This document shows positions 43,670 to 52,222 of a DNA stretch of 64,000 nt, in pieces. The position numbers and the translations under genes were made by a program. Under the pieces are notes generated by a model, which saw only the letters and a program-made list of their open reading frames with translations, was not told the origin of the DNA and ran no database searches. Origin of the DNA: Pseudomonadota bacterium (lineage in GTDB: Bacteria > Pseudomonadota > Alphaproteobacteria > Rickettsiales > UBA6187); the NCBI GenBank assembly GCA_027620075.1, contig JAQCEY010000007.1, forward strand, positions 43,764-107,763, given 5' to 3'. Each line of letters begins with the position of its first letter. Position 1 is the first letter of the stretch.

Positions 43670-43983
43670 TATCTATCCTGCCTCTCTTTCGCTTTTTTCT
43701 TACTTTCTTTTTTGATCGGCCTACCTACCGGGCAAATTTCCTGCACAAAACCATGCAGTGTGTTCACCAGATTATCTTTTACGAGGCTATAATGAATATA
43801 TTGCCCCTTCTTTTCTCCAGAAATAAGACCAGCATTTTCAAGTATGCTAAGGTGCTTTGATAGGGATGGCTTACTAATATCGAAACGTTCGGCAATCTCA
43901 CCGGCCGTCATACTAGATGCTGACAGGTAGGCAAGTATCTTGCGACGAACTCCGGATGATAATGCCTGAAAAACTTTTTCCAT
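43669..43983 (-). CDS. ArsR/SmtB (SdpR-like) family transcriptional regulator
   Basis: ALSSGVRRKILAYLSASSMTAGEIAERFDISKPSLSKHLSILENAGLI wHTH. Confidence 0.85.
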   Translation of the reverse strand: MEKVFQALSSGVRRKILAYLSASSMTAGEIAERFDISKPSLSKHLSILENAGLISGEKKGQYIHYSLVKDNLVNTLHGFVQEICPVGRPIKKESKKKAKERQDR

Positions 43984-44144
43984 TATTTTAGTCCTCCGCA
44001 GTATTGCTCATAATATTTGTCAGGAAAATATGTTTTATTAAAACCCATGTTAAACTCCTGCCCTAATGCGCCTATACAGATTACTAATGTTATGCCTACT
44101 ATAAATGAACCTATAACAGACAAAACTACATATTTCTTTTTCAT
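43983..44144 (-). CDS. unlisted small membrane protein (53 aa)
   Basis: My translation: MKKKYVVLSVIGSFIVGITLVICIGALGQEFNMGFNKTYFPDKYYEQYCGGLK. One TM. Its TAA overlaps the arsR-like ATG (TAATG). Below the ORF-track length cut-off. SD is weak. Confidence 0.45.
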   Translation of the reverse strand: MKKKYVVLSVIGSFIVGITLVICIGALGQEFNMGFNKTYFPDKYYEQYCGGLK

Positions 44145-44177
44145 AAAAACAAAACTCAATTTTTTGTAATTAGCCTA

Positions 44178-44225
44178 TTGACTAAATACCTAAACCATGC
44201 AATATTTAGTCTGTTAGCTAAATAT
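44178..44225. promoter_or_regulatory. candidate operator/promoter in the divergent intergenic region
   Basis: Perfect 9-bp inverted repeat GACTAAATA (44180-88) / TATTTAGTC (44203-11), a third CTAAATA at 44219-25, and TTGACT at 44178-83. Confidence 0.3.
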
Positions 44226-44261
44226 AAAATAATACTGTCTGAAATGCAAGAGATTGATCAC

Positions 44262-44663
44262 ATGGCCACCAATACCAACGTTATTTATTTTGTCTATGAT
44301 GGTGAATGTCCAATTTGCCAGATGGGAGCGAGCTTATACAAAGTACGGCAATCTGTGGGAGAGCTTAAAACGATCGATGCAAGAACAGAGAAAGACCATC
44401 CTGTTATGCAGGAAGTCAACCAAGCAGGGCTGAATCTTGATGAAGGGATGGTGATCAAATATAATGACCAGCTTTATCAAGGCGAAGAGGCCCTTCACCT
44501 CATGGCAACGCTTGGTGCGGATAGCGGTTGGTTCAACCACGTAAACAATACGCTTTATAAATCCAAAACCCTTGCCAAACTGAGCTATCCTTTTATGAAG
44601 GGCGCGCGCAATATAGCGTTAAAACTAAAAGGCGTTGGCAAAATAAATAATCTGGAGTCATAG
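44262..44663 (+). CDS. DCC1-like thiol-disulfide oxidoreductase (DUF393)
   Basis: VIYFVYDGECPICQ CxxC motif near the N-terminus. ATG at 44262 is preferred to the track TTG start at 44178. Confidence 0.7.
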   Translation: MATNTNVIYFVYDGECPICQMGASLYKVRQSVGELKTIDARTEKDHPVMQEVNQAGLNLDEGMVIKYNDQLYQGEEALHLMATLGADSGWFNHVNNTLYKSKTLAKLSYPFMKGARNIALKLKGVGKINNLES

Positions 44664-45263
44664 ATGTTATCAACTGATCCCATATTCAAACCCATTTTTG
44701 GCGAAAGCTGGAATGACTTGCCTACAGTGATGCATAAGCATTATGCTAATCGCCCCAATAGTGACGATATTTCAACGGTTGAGGGTACATTAGATGTGAT
44801 GTGCAAATGGTATCTCAAACCCTTTTTTTGGCTATTTGGCACTGTTCCTCCGCATAATGAAACGGACGTCCCTGTTACAGTAGATTTTACGAGTCAGCCA
44901 GATAGCCCCGCGTTCTGTTTTAATCGTGCGTTTCATTTCAAAAACCACAAACTATTTCGTTTCCGCTCACGCATGACACAGGTGATGGATAATGAAGTCA
45001 TGGAGCGTATGAATTACGGCATTTGCTGGCATTCTTATTATAGTTGGGATGGGAAGAAAGTAACGCTACGGCACAAAGGATATTCATTGCGTGTAGCTAA
45101 CATCAATATCCCACTACCGATTACATGGTTGATTGGTCGGGGCGATGCGGATGAATGGCCGATTGATGATGATACGTTCGATATGCGTGCAACGATTATT
45201 CATCCTCTGCTTGGGAAGGTATATGAATATAAGGGCCAATTCAAAGTGGTGAAAGAAGTATGA
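44664..45263 (+). CDS. DUF4166 domain protein
   Basis: FGESWNDLPTVMHKHY N-terminus. Located between the DCC and saccharopine-dehydrogenase-like genes, a commonly seen trio. Confidence 0.5.
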   Translation: MLSTDPIFKPIFGESWNDLPTVMHKHYANRPNSDDISTVEGTLDVMCKWYLKPFFWLFGTVPPHNETDVPVTVDFTSQPDSPAFCFNRAFHFKNHKLFRFRSRMTQVMDNEVMERMNYGICWHSYYSWDGKKVTLRHKGYSLRVANINIPLPITWLIGRGDADEWPIDDDTFDMRATIIHPLLGKVYEYKGQFKVVKEV

Positions 45264-46372
45264 TAACACGGGTTTTAATAATTGGCGGCTATGGTAATTT
45301 TGGCAGCTTCATTGCCAAAATGCTCGCACGCGAAGATAATATTCAACTGATTATTGCAGGGCGCAACGAAGACAAAGCCCAGTCATTTGCGAAAGGTTTA
45401 GAGGCGAAACATAAAGCCGAAACAGCAATAGTCGATATTAACCATATACTCTCCGAATCGCTCAGCACAATTAAACCACATGTCGTAATTCACACCAGCG
45501 GCCCTTACCAAAATCAAAGTTATCATGTAGCGGAGGCTTGTATAGCGCAAGGTTGTCATTATGCGGATCTTGCTGATGCACGTGAATTTGTAGCAGGCAT
45601 TACAGAGTTAGACGCACAGGCAAAAGAAAAAGGTGTGTTGATTTGTAGCGGTGCAAGCTCTGTTCCCTGCCTTACCGCATCTATCATTGATAAATACAAA
45701 GGCGAATTCCATAAGCTGGAGAAAGTGGAATATGCCATTGCCACAGCGCAATTAACAAATAGAGGTTTAGCCACCATACGTGCTGTACTCAGCTATGCTG
45801 GCAAGCCCTTCACCACACTGATTGATGGCAAAATGCAGAATGTGTATGGCTGGATGGACTTAACTTGGCGGCGCTTTTGGAAGCTAAATCTACGTCCACT
45901 TGGTAACTGCGATATTCCGGATTTGGAATTATTCCCCAAACGCTACCCTGATTTAGAAACTATTAGGTTTCGTGCTGGGCTTGAGCTTAAAATACTACAT
46001 CTAATACTGGTTAGCCTTTCGGGGTTGGTGCGCATCAAGTTGCTACCTTCAATACAACCATTGTCGAGATTATTACTGCGGATATCGTTCCTATTTGACT
46101 CCATAGGCAAGGATGATAGTGGGTTTTATATGCTGCTTTCCGGCAAAGATGAATCCGGAAATGACAAGTATATCCAATTTGATCTGGTTGCGCGGCATGG
46201 TGATGGACTTTGCATTCCAAGTGTTCCTGCGATCATTCTGGCTAAGAAATTGGCGAATGGCGAAATTGATAAAACCGGAGCAACACCGTGCATTGACCTT
46301 ATCACCATGGATGAATATCTGGATGTATTAAGTGAATTTGATATTGAATGGCAGACTACTTATCCAAATTAA
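45260..46372 (+). CDS. saccharopine dehydrogenase-like NAD(P)-binding protein
   Basis: Rossmann motif VLIIGGYGNFGSFIAKML. Confidence 0.65.
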   Translation: MITRVLIIGGYGNFGSFIAKMLAREDNIQLIIAGRNEDKAQSFAKGLEAKHKAETAIVDINHILSESLSTIKPHVVIHTSGPYQNQSYHVAEACIAQGCHYADLADAREFVAGITELDAQAKEKGVLICSGASSVPCLTASIIDKYKGEFHKLEKVEYAIATAQLTNRGLATIRAVLSYAGKPFTTLIDGKMQNVYGWMDLTWRRFWKLNLRPLGNCDIPDLELFPKRYPDLETIRFRAGLELKILHLILVSLSGLVRIKLLPSIQPLSRLLLRISFLFDSIGKDDSGFYMLLSGKDESGNDKYIQFDLVARHGDGLCIPSVPAIILAKKLANGEIDKTGATPCIDLITMDEYLDVLSEFDIEWQTTYPN

Positions 46373-48498
46373 TTGCTTTCTACCAACTTCTTAATCCCCA
46401 CATAATCCGTCTTACCCGTTCCAAGTAACGGAACTTTATCAACAATCTTGATATTCTTTGGAACTGATAACTCGCCAATACCATTTTTCTTGGCGTATTT
46501 TGATATATAAGAGCGGTCGGCATCTTGTTTGTCCGTAACTAAAACTAAGGCCTCACCCTTTTTAGCATCGGATATAGTAACTACCGCATGTTGGTTCTCC
46601 GGCCAGAGCTTGGCAAGATATGTTTCAACGGCAGTGAGTGACACCATCTCTCCGGCTATTTTAGCAAAACGTTTGGCGCGGCCTTTTATGGTTATATAAC
46701 CATCATCATCGAAGAAAACTATGTCACCTGTGTCATAATCACCGTTTGCGGGCGGAACAAGTTTGCCAGGGTTATCGCTAAGCAGATATCCTTTCATTAT
46801 ATTTTCTCCGGATACTATTAATTTTCCGCCATCTTCAATACCTGGCACTTCTTCAAGTTTATAGGAAATGCCAGGGAGTAGGCGACCAACCGTTCCAGGC
46901 TTGTTATGCATTGGTGTGTTAGTAGAAAGAGCTGGGGATGTTTCAGTTGCACCATAGCCTTCAAAAATACGTACACCATATTTTTCTGCCCAGAGTTTAC
47001 GAGTTTCTTCTTTTAGCTTTTCTGCACCTGCAAATACATAGCGGATTGAATAGAAATCATAGGCATTGGCAAAACGTGCGTAACCTGAAAGGAAAGTATC
47101 TGTACCGAACATTATGGTGGAATTGGTATCATAAACTAACTCAGGCACTATGCGATAATGCAGCGGCGATGGATAAAAGAAGGTTCTTATGCCAGATAAT
47201 ATTGGTAATAATGTTCCGCCTGTTAAGCCAAATGAATGGAATATAGGCAGGGCATTAAACACAATGTCAGTTGGGCCGAAATCCACCCTGGAACCAAGCT
47301 GGTAACGGTTTGCTTGGATATTTTTGTGTGATAGCACAACTCCTTTTGGTACACCTTCTGAGCCGGAGGTAAACAACACAACCGCTGCGTTATCAGGACT
47401 GGTTTTACAATAAAAAAGCTGCGGTAGATAACTTGTAATAAGTCCCACAATTTTATTCAGGAAATTTATCTGTTTTGCTATATCTTCCAGATAGATAACT
47501 TTTATACCTTCTTTAGTAATGGCTTCTATTAAATCATCTAACTTACCCGTGGTCACAAATTGTTTGGATGTATAAACAGTTTTTATTTCTGCCGTTTTAC
47601 AAGCGGATATAAGGTTCTTGGCGCCAGTTGAAAAATTCAGCATTGCAGGCACTCGCCCCGTGGCCTGGAGCGCAAAGAAAGTCACGATAGAGCTTACCAT
47701 ATTTGGCAGCATTACGCCTACATACTCGCCGCGCTCCGTATCTTTAGCGATTTTGCCGCCAAGGGTGAAACTGCGGGTAATAAGTTCGCCATAATTAATT
47801 GGTTTGCGCATAGCATCTTCAGCGATAACGTGTTTGCGGCCATGAATATGCGACTGATCTATAACTGATTCAAATAATGTTTTTTTATAATCGGAGCTGT
47901 CAAATAACATCTGGCTCATAAGGTCATAGAGTTTTACCCCGGCAGCATGGCGGCGGGTGCGTCCTTTTATTTCTTCGGGAACTTCAAATTGGCGTGGTTC
48001 AAGCATGGTGAGGGTTATCTTTGGGAACATGCGGATACGAACTTTACCCTTGATTCTAGAGAAGGGGCTATACTGCGCACCATCAATTCGGATGGGTAGT
48101 ATCTGTGCTCCGGCCTTATCAGCTATCATCCCCGGGCCTTCATAAACCTTCATTAGTGAGCCAGTCACTGTGATTCGACCTTCAGGAAAAATCACGCATT
48201 TTGCGGTTTTTTTAATTTCATTTATAATGCCTTTTGTTGCCATAGGGTTGGTTGGGTCAAGTGGGAAGGCTTTTACTAAAGCCAGAAATGGCTTGAAATA
48301 CCAGCGTTTAGCGATATTGGTATTTACTGCAAACATAGGTTTTTCAGGCAGAAATAGGGTTATAAGCATCGCATCCAAAAAGGACGTATGATTGGCAACA
48401 ATGAGTACGCGGCTACCAGCTTTTTTATAATTTTCCAGCCCCTTAACTTCGACTTTATAAAGTAGCTTAAATAAACCTTTGAGTAGTGATTTAATCAT
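46369..48498 (-). CDS. aas: bifunctional 2-acyl-GPE acyltransferase / acyl-ACP synthetase
   Basis: N-terminal PlsC-type HxxxxD (ANHTSFLDA) and FPEGR, plus a C-terminal AMP-binding domain (TSGSEGVPKGV, GYGATE, YDTGD). 709 aa. Lies downstream of lplT as in E. coli. Confidence 0.85.
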   Translation of the reverse strand: MIKSLLKGLFKLLYKVEVKGLENYKKAGSRVLIVANHTSFLDAMLITLFLPEKPMFAVNTNIAKRWYFKPFLALVKAFPLDPTNPMATKGIINEIKKTAKCVIFPEGRITVTGSLMKVYEGPGMIADKAGAQILPIRIDGAQYSPFSRIKGKVRIRMFPKITLTMLEPRQFEVPEEIKGRTRRHAAGVKLYDLMSQMLFDSSDYKKTLFESVIDQSHIHGRKHVIAEDAMRKPINYGELITRSFTLGGKIAKDTERGEYVGVMLPNMVSSIVTFFALQATGRVPAMLNFSTGAKNLISACKTAEIKTVYTSKQFVTTGKLDDLIEAITKEGIKVIYLEDIAKQINFLNKIVGLITSYLPQLFYCKTSPDNAAVVLFTSGSEGVPKGVVLSHKNIQANRYQLGSRVDFGPTDIVFNALPIFHSFGLTGGTLLPILSGIRTFFYPSPLHYRIVPELVYDTNSTIMFGTDTFLSGYARFANAYDFYSIRYVFAGAEKLKEETRKLWAEKYGVRIFEGYGATETSPALSTNTPMHNKPGTVGRLLPGISYKLEEVPGIEDGGKLIVSGENIMKGYLLSDNPGKLVPPANGDYDTGDIVFFDDDGYITIKGRAKRFAKIAGEMVSLTAVETYLAKLWPENQHAVVTISDAKKGEALVLVTDKQDADRSYISKYAKKNGIGELSVPKNIKIVDKVPLLGTGKTDYVGIKKLVESN

Positions 48499-49780
48499 TT
48501 TTCAATCTCCTTTTAACAATATCCCTTATTATAAAAAATACCGGGATATTTATAATTCCAACAGCTAACAATAGCTGAATTACGTTAAGCCCTAAGGCAA
48601 AAACTACGACAGCAAATATACTTGCCAGCACCATAAACAGTGCATTCATCACATTATTAGCGGCAATGATACGTGCCAGATATTTTTCGTCACTGCGATG
48701 CTGCATAATGGCGTAAAGCGGCACGATATAGATTCCAGAAAATATGGAGAGCATTAGTAGTCCACCAATGATGAACCAGGCGGCAAATCCAGAATTGACA
48801 AATTGTATAACTCCGATATCAGCATCCTTTACGTACATATTCGATGCAACCACAAACAATACAATTGCCACTGTTATCCCAACCGAACCATAAGGCACTA
48901 ATCTACCGTTAATTTGCCCTTTAAGCAGCTTATTGCAAAGCATTGAACCGATGCCAACGCCTATGGAAAATATGGTAAGAAACAAAGTGACAATATGCTC
49001 ATTGCCACCGATAACTTCCTTGGTATAAACAGGAAATTGAGTGAGAAACGTCGCACCGATCAGCCAGAACCATGAAATCCCGATGATAGATAGCCAAACA
49101 GTACGCTCTTCTTTGGCAAATCCGATTATCTTCCATGTTTGGGCTAAAATATTCCAGCTTACTTTCAATTTAGCATCGCCTATAGGTGCTTTAGGGATTG
49201 ATTTGCTGGCAATCCAGCCGACTACCGCAAATCCGATAACACATAACGACAAAACAGGCAGTCCATATTCAGTGCGGATAATAAGTCCGCCAAAAATAGT
49301 GCCAAGCAATATAGAAAGGAATGTCCCGCCTTCGATAAGTCCATTGCCACTGATAAGTTCATCATCTTTTAGATGCTCTGGCAGCAGGCTGTATTTTATC
49401 GGCCCGAAGAAGGTGGACTGCACACCCATCATAAATAAAACTACTAGCAAACCATTGATGCTTTGCAGATAAAAACAAATAGCACAAAGAACCATTAAAA
49501 CGATTTCTACCTGTTTGATCTTCTGAGTAAGCCATGATTTTTCGTACTTATCAGCAAGTTGTCCGGCAGTTGCTGAAAACAGGAAGAATGGCAAGATAAA
49601 CAATCCGGCAGCAATCGTTACTATCATGCTTGCATCTGTTCCCGTCTTTACCGCAATATCATAAGTAAACCATATCAAAAATGCGTTCTTGAATGCATTA
49701 TCATTAAATGCCCCAAAGAATTGAGTTATGAATAAGGGTAGAAACCTTCTGGTTTTTAATAAATGTGTTTGGTCTGACAT
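48491..49780 (-). CDS. lplT: MFS lysophospholipid transporter
   Basis: 12-TM MFS, RRFLPLFITQFFGAFNDNAFKNA N-terminus. ATG at 49780 (MSDQTH) lies 4 nt after the lipase stop. Confidence 0.8.
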   Translation of the reverse strand: MSDQTHLLKTRRFLPLFITQFFGAFNDNAFKNAFLIWFTYDIAVKTGTDASMIVTIAAGLFILPFFLFSATAGQLADKYEKSWLTQKIKQVEIVLMVLCAICFYLQSINGLLVVLFMMGVQSTFFGPIKYSLLPEHLKDDELISGNGLIEGGTFLSILLGTIFGGLIIRTEYGLPVLSLCVIGFAVVGWIASKSIPKAPIGDAKLKVSWNILAQTWKIIGFAKEERTVWLSIIGISWFWLIGATFLTQFPVYTKEVIGGNEHIVTLFLTIFSIGVGIGSMLCNKLLKGQINGRLVPYGSVGITVAIVLFVVASNMYVKDADIGVIQFVNSGFAAWFIIGGLLMLSIFSGIYIVPLYAIMQHRSDEKYLARIIAANNVMNALFMVLASIFAVVVFALGLNVIQLLLAVGIINIPVFFIIRDIVKRRLKND

Positions 49781-49784
49781 AGTT

Positions 49785-50501
49785 TTATTCTTCCTGCTCT
49801 TTGTTAAATGTTCCATTCTTCAGAAAATATAATGTCTGCTTGTGCACATCCTTATTACTAGGAAAGAATGTATGCGATGCAGAAACTACCACATGGTCTT
49901 TCATACCTTTTACTTTGGTGCTCTTAATAGAAACTTTGCCGTCATCATCACCGCCGATTATATATGATGAGATTGGGTCGATGGTGCTATTGCCGGCAAT
50001 TACGCCAAGTTCATAATCAACTTTGCCCAGCATTTTTTCTGTTGAGTTGTTATTAGTTGTAAGCTGCTGCCCTGCAGGGCCATAAACGGCTTTGTATAAA
50101 AAATTATCTTTCAGGAAATCTGCTACTTCACTGCCATCATTAGGTGAGGCAAGCTGAATAACACGTCCAAGATTTTCTGGTCGATGTTTGCTTAAAATAC
50201 CGCACACCAGCAACCCGCCCATGGAATAACCAATAAAATGCGCCGGTTTATCTTCGGTTAGCTTTTCTGAAATATCTTCGTTAATCAGATCAATCAATTT
50301 CTCTAATTTATGTTTTGTGGACTGATAATCCAGATTTATAACGTCATAGCCCTCGGCCTCCAAACGTGCCGCAAGTGACTCCATATGAGAACTGCTACGA
50401 GCTATACCGTGGAGAAGAACTACATAATCTCCTTTTACATTTTCGGCCTGCGAAGCGTTAGTGAAGAATATTACTGTCAAAAAGGCTATCAAATATTTCA
50501 C
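49785..50501 (-). CDS. secreted alpha/beta hydrolase (lipase/esterase)
   Basis: Signal peptide MKYLIAFLTVIFFTNASQA, LLHG, nucleophile elbow GYSMGG. GTG start overlaps the TetR stop (GTGA). Confidence 0.8.
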   Translation of the reverse strand: MKYLIAFLTVIFFTNASQAENVKGDYVVLLHGIARSSSHMESLAARLEAEGYDVINLDYQSTKHKLEKLIDLINEDISEKLTEDKPAHFIGYSMGGLLVCGILSKHRPENLGRVIQLASPNDGSEVADFLKDNFLYKAVYGPAGQQLTTNNNSTEKMLGKVDYELGVIAGNSTIDPISSYIIGGDDDGKVSIKSTKVKGMKDHVVVSASHTFFPSNKDVHKQTLYFLKNGTFNKEQEE

Positions 50502-51084
50502 GCTTTCAGCCCTTTCAAATAATTATCGATCAATGAATCAGTAAGTTGTTTCATAGATTTTGCGCCAACGGTATCAAGCTTTCCGGTTAGGCTTAGCTGG
50601 CAGATACCATGAATTCCTGCCCATATAGTTTTAGCAGCGATTTCAGCTTCTTTGTTGTTGGGCACTATTTGCTCGAAATGTTTTTCAACAATGTTAAATA
50701 TATTTTTTATCTCAATGTTATACCACTCTGGGGGGGTATTCCCTCTGGCAGCCGATGTTCAAATAAAGCACTCCAGCGATTATAGTTGTTTTTAGCAAAT
50801 TGGGTATAGGCCTCAGCCAATTGTTTTATTGCCGACTCATTTTTACCAATAGCTTTTTCCTCCAGAAAGTAAGCTATATCGCGCAAAGTTACCGCATTAA
50901 TATGTAGAATAAAATTATTATGGCTTTCAAAAATATTATATATAGTGCCGATGGTGTAGCCTATTGCTTTAGCTACTTTGCGAGCACTAAAGCCAGAAAA
51001 ACCCTGCTCGGCAATAATCTTCTGCCCTGCGGCTATTGCCATCTCTACTAGCTCTTCTCTGGTGTAATCACTTCTTCTGGCCAT
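50498..51084 (-). pseudogene. TetR-family regulator with a frameshift in a C7 homopolymer
   Basis: Track ORF 50707..51084 carries the HTH (FSARKVAKAIGYTIGTIYNIF). After the G7 run at 50730-50736 (C7 on the coding strand), a different frame reads EWYNIEIKNIFNIVEKHFEQ...TIWAGIHGICQLSL...NYLKGLKA to the TGA at 50498-50500. Confidence 0.75.
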
Positions 51085-51085
51085 A

Positions 51086-51104
51086 AATTGAACGTTGTTA
51101 AATT
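51086..51104. promoter_or_regulatory. candidate TetR operator (imperfect 19-bp palindrome)
   Basis: AATTGAACGTTGTTAAATT pairs at 7 of 9 positions and lies 2 nt upstream of the tetR start. TTGAAC-17-TAATAT follows, facing the + strand gene. Confidence 0.3.
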
Positions 51105-51172
51105 AATTATTGAACACTGTATAATTATGTGTTAATATGACTACCATGTCAAGCACCAAAAGAGTTAATTAT

Positions 51173-52156
51173 ATGAAAAAAATACTATTCTTCGTTGTAA
51201 TGTGTTGTTTTATCCATGCCAACGCATCGGCTGGCCAAGAGTTATCATGTGATAAAGTAGAGACCTTCTATCAAACACATCAGTTTGACTGCATAGATAA
51301 GTTGCTTAAGGCGCTGGATAAAATGGACAATCCAAAGCTTGATCCAAATCGCATTCAAAACCAGATTGGTTTTCTGGCTGCCATATTCACATCTTATCCG
51401 GATAAAATTGATTCTATATTAGATAAGCAAGTTTCAAAGAATAGCCAGAGTGCACTGATTGGTGCTTTGTATCGCGCCGGCATGTTGGATGAAGCGGCTG
51501 TCTACGCAGACAAAGTTGATATGGCTACATTATTGAATTCTTACAAGAAATCACCTTTACCATTACTTAATAAAACCTATTCACAATATAACCCCGGCGA
51601 TAATGATTTTCTGATAGGCGCTTTTATGGCGACTGGTGATAAGAGCTATATTGAAAACGTCCTTCATCAATATGGAGAGGCAGATGATAAAATTGTGCGT
51701 TATGCATTACGAATAGCTGCAATGCAGGGGAAATTTGGATCTACATTATTACCTGCAAAACGTAAGGAAGAATATATAAAGCAACATAAAGAACTACCTC
51801 TTAAGGCGTTGGTTAATCGTGAAAGATGGAAACAAAATCCCAAAGAGATGTTGCAAACACTTACTATGTCATCGGCCTTCTGGGCGCTAAGTTCACTCAC
51901 TAAAGAACATAAACCTATAGCTGAAACGCTTACCCATTTCTTTGGGGATGATAAAAGACTGAATCTTATAGCCAGAGAAGAAGCAAATAATTTCTCCAAT
52001 TACATAATGCTATCAATCGTTATGCCTGCCATGGCGCAGAGTAAAAGTGAGGAGCAAAAAGAATTTGCCCAGAAGGTGGAAATATTTCTTACCGATTATG
52101 AAAATTTTAAAGTGGTAAAACCATTCGATTTAAAACCAAAAGAGAAAAAACAATAG
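51173..52156 (+). CDS. secreted hypothetical protein
   Basis: Signal peptide MKKILFFVVMCCFIHANASA. ATG at 51173 is preferred to the track start 51137. Confidence 0.55.
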   Translation: MKKILFFVVMCCFIHANASAGQELSCDKVETFYQTHQFDCIDKLLKALDKMDNPKLDPNRIQNQIGFLAAIFTSYPDKIDSILDKQVSKNSQSALIGALYRAGMLDEAAVYADKVDMATLLNSYKKSPLPLLNKTYSQYNPGDNDFLIGAFMATGDKSYIENVLHQYGEADDKIVRYALRIAAMQGKFGSTLLPAKRKEEYIKQHKELPLKALVNRERWKQNPKEMLQTLTMSSAFWALSSLTKEHKPIAETLTHFFGDDKRLNLIAREEANNFSNYIMLSIVMPAMAQSKSEEQKEFAQKVEIFLTDYENFKVVKPFDLKPKEKKQ

Positions 52157-52222
52157 CCATCTATTCATGTACGTATATTATGAAAAAATTGGATGTATGT
52201 CATCACGAAGGGAATAATAAAT

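Noticed and set aside
49041-49472. 143-aa plus-strand ORF.
   Set aside because: It is antisense within the 12-TM LplT gene. No support.
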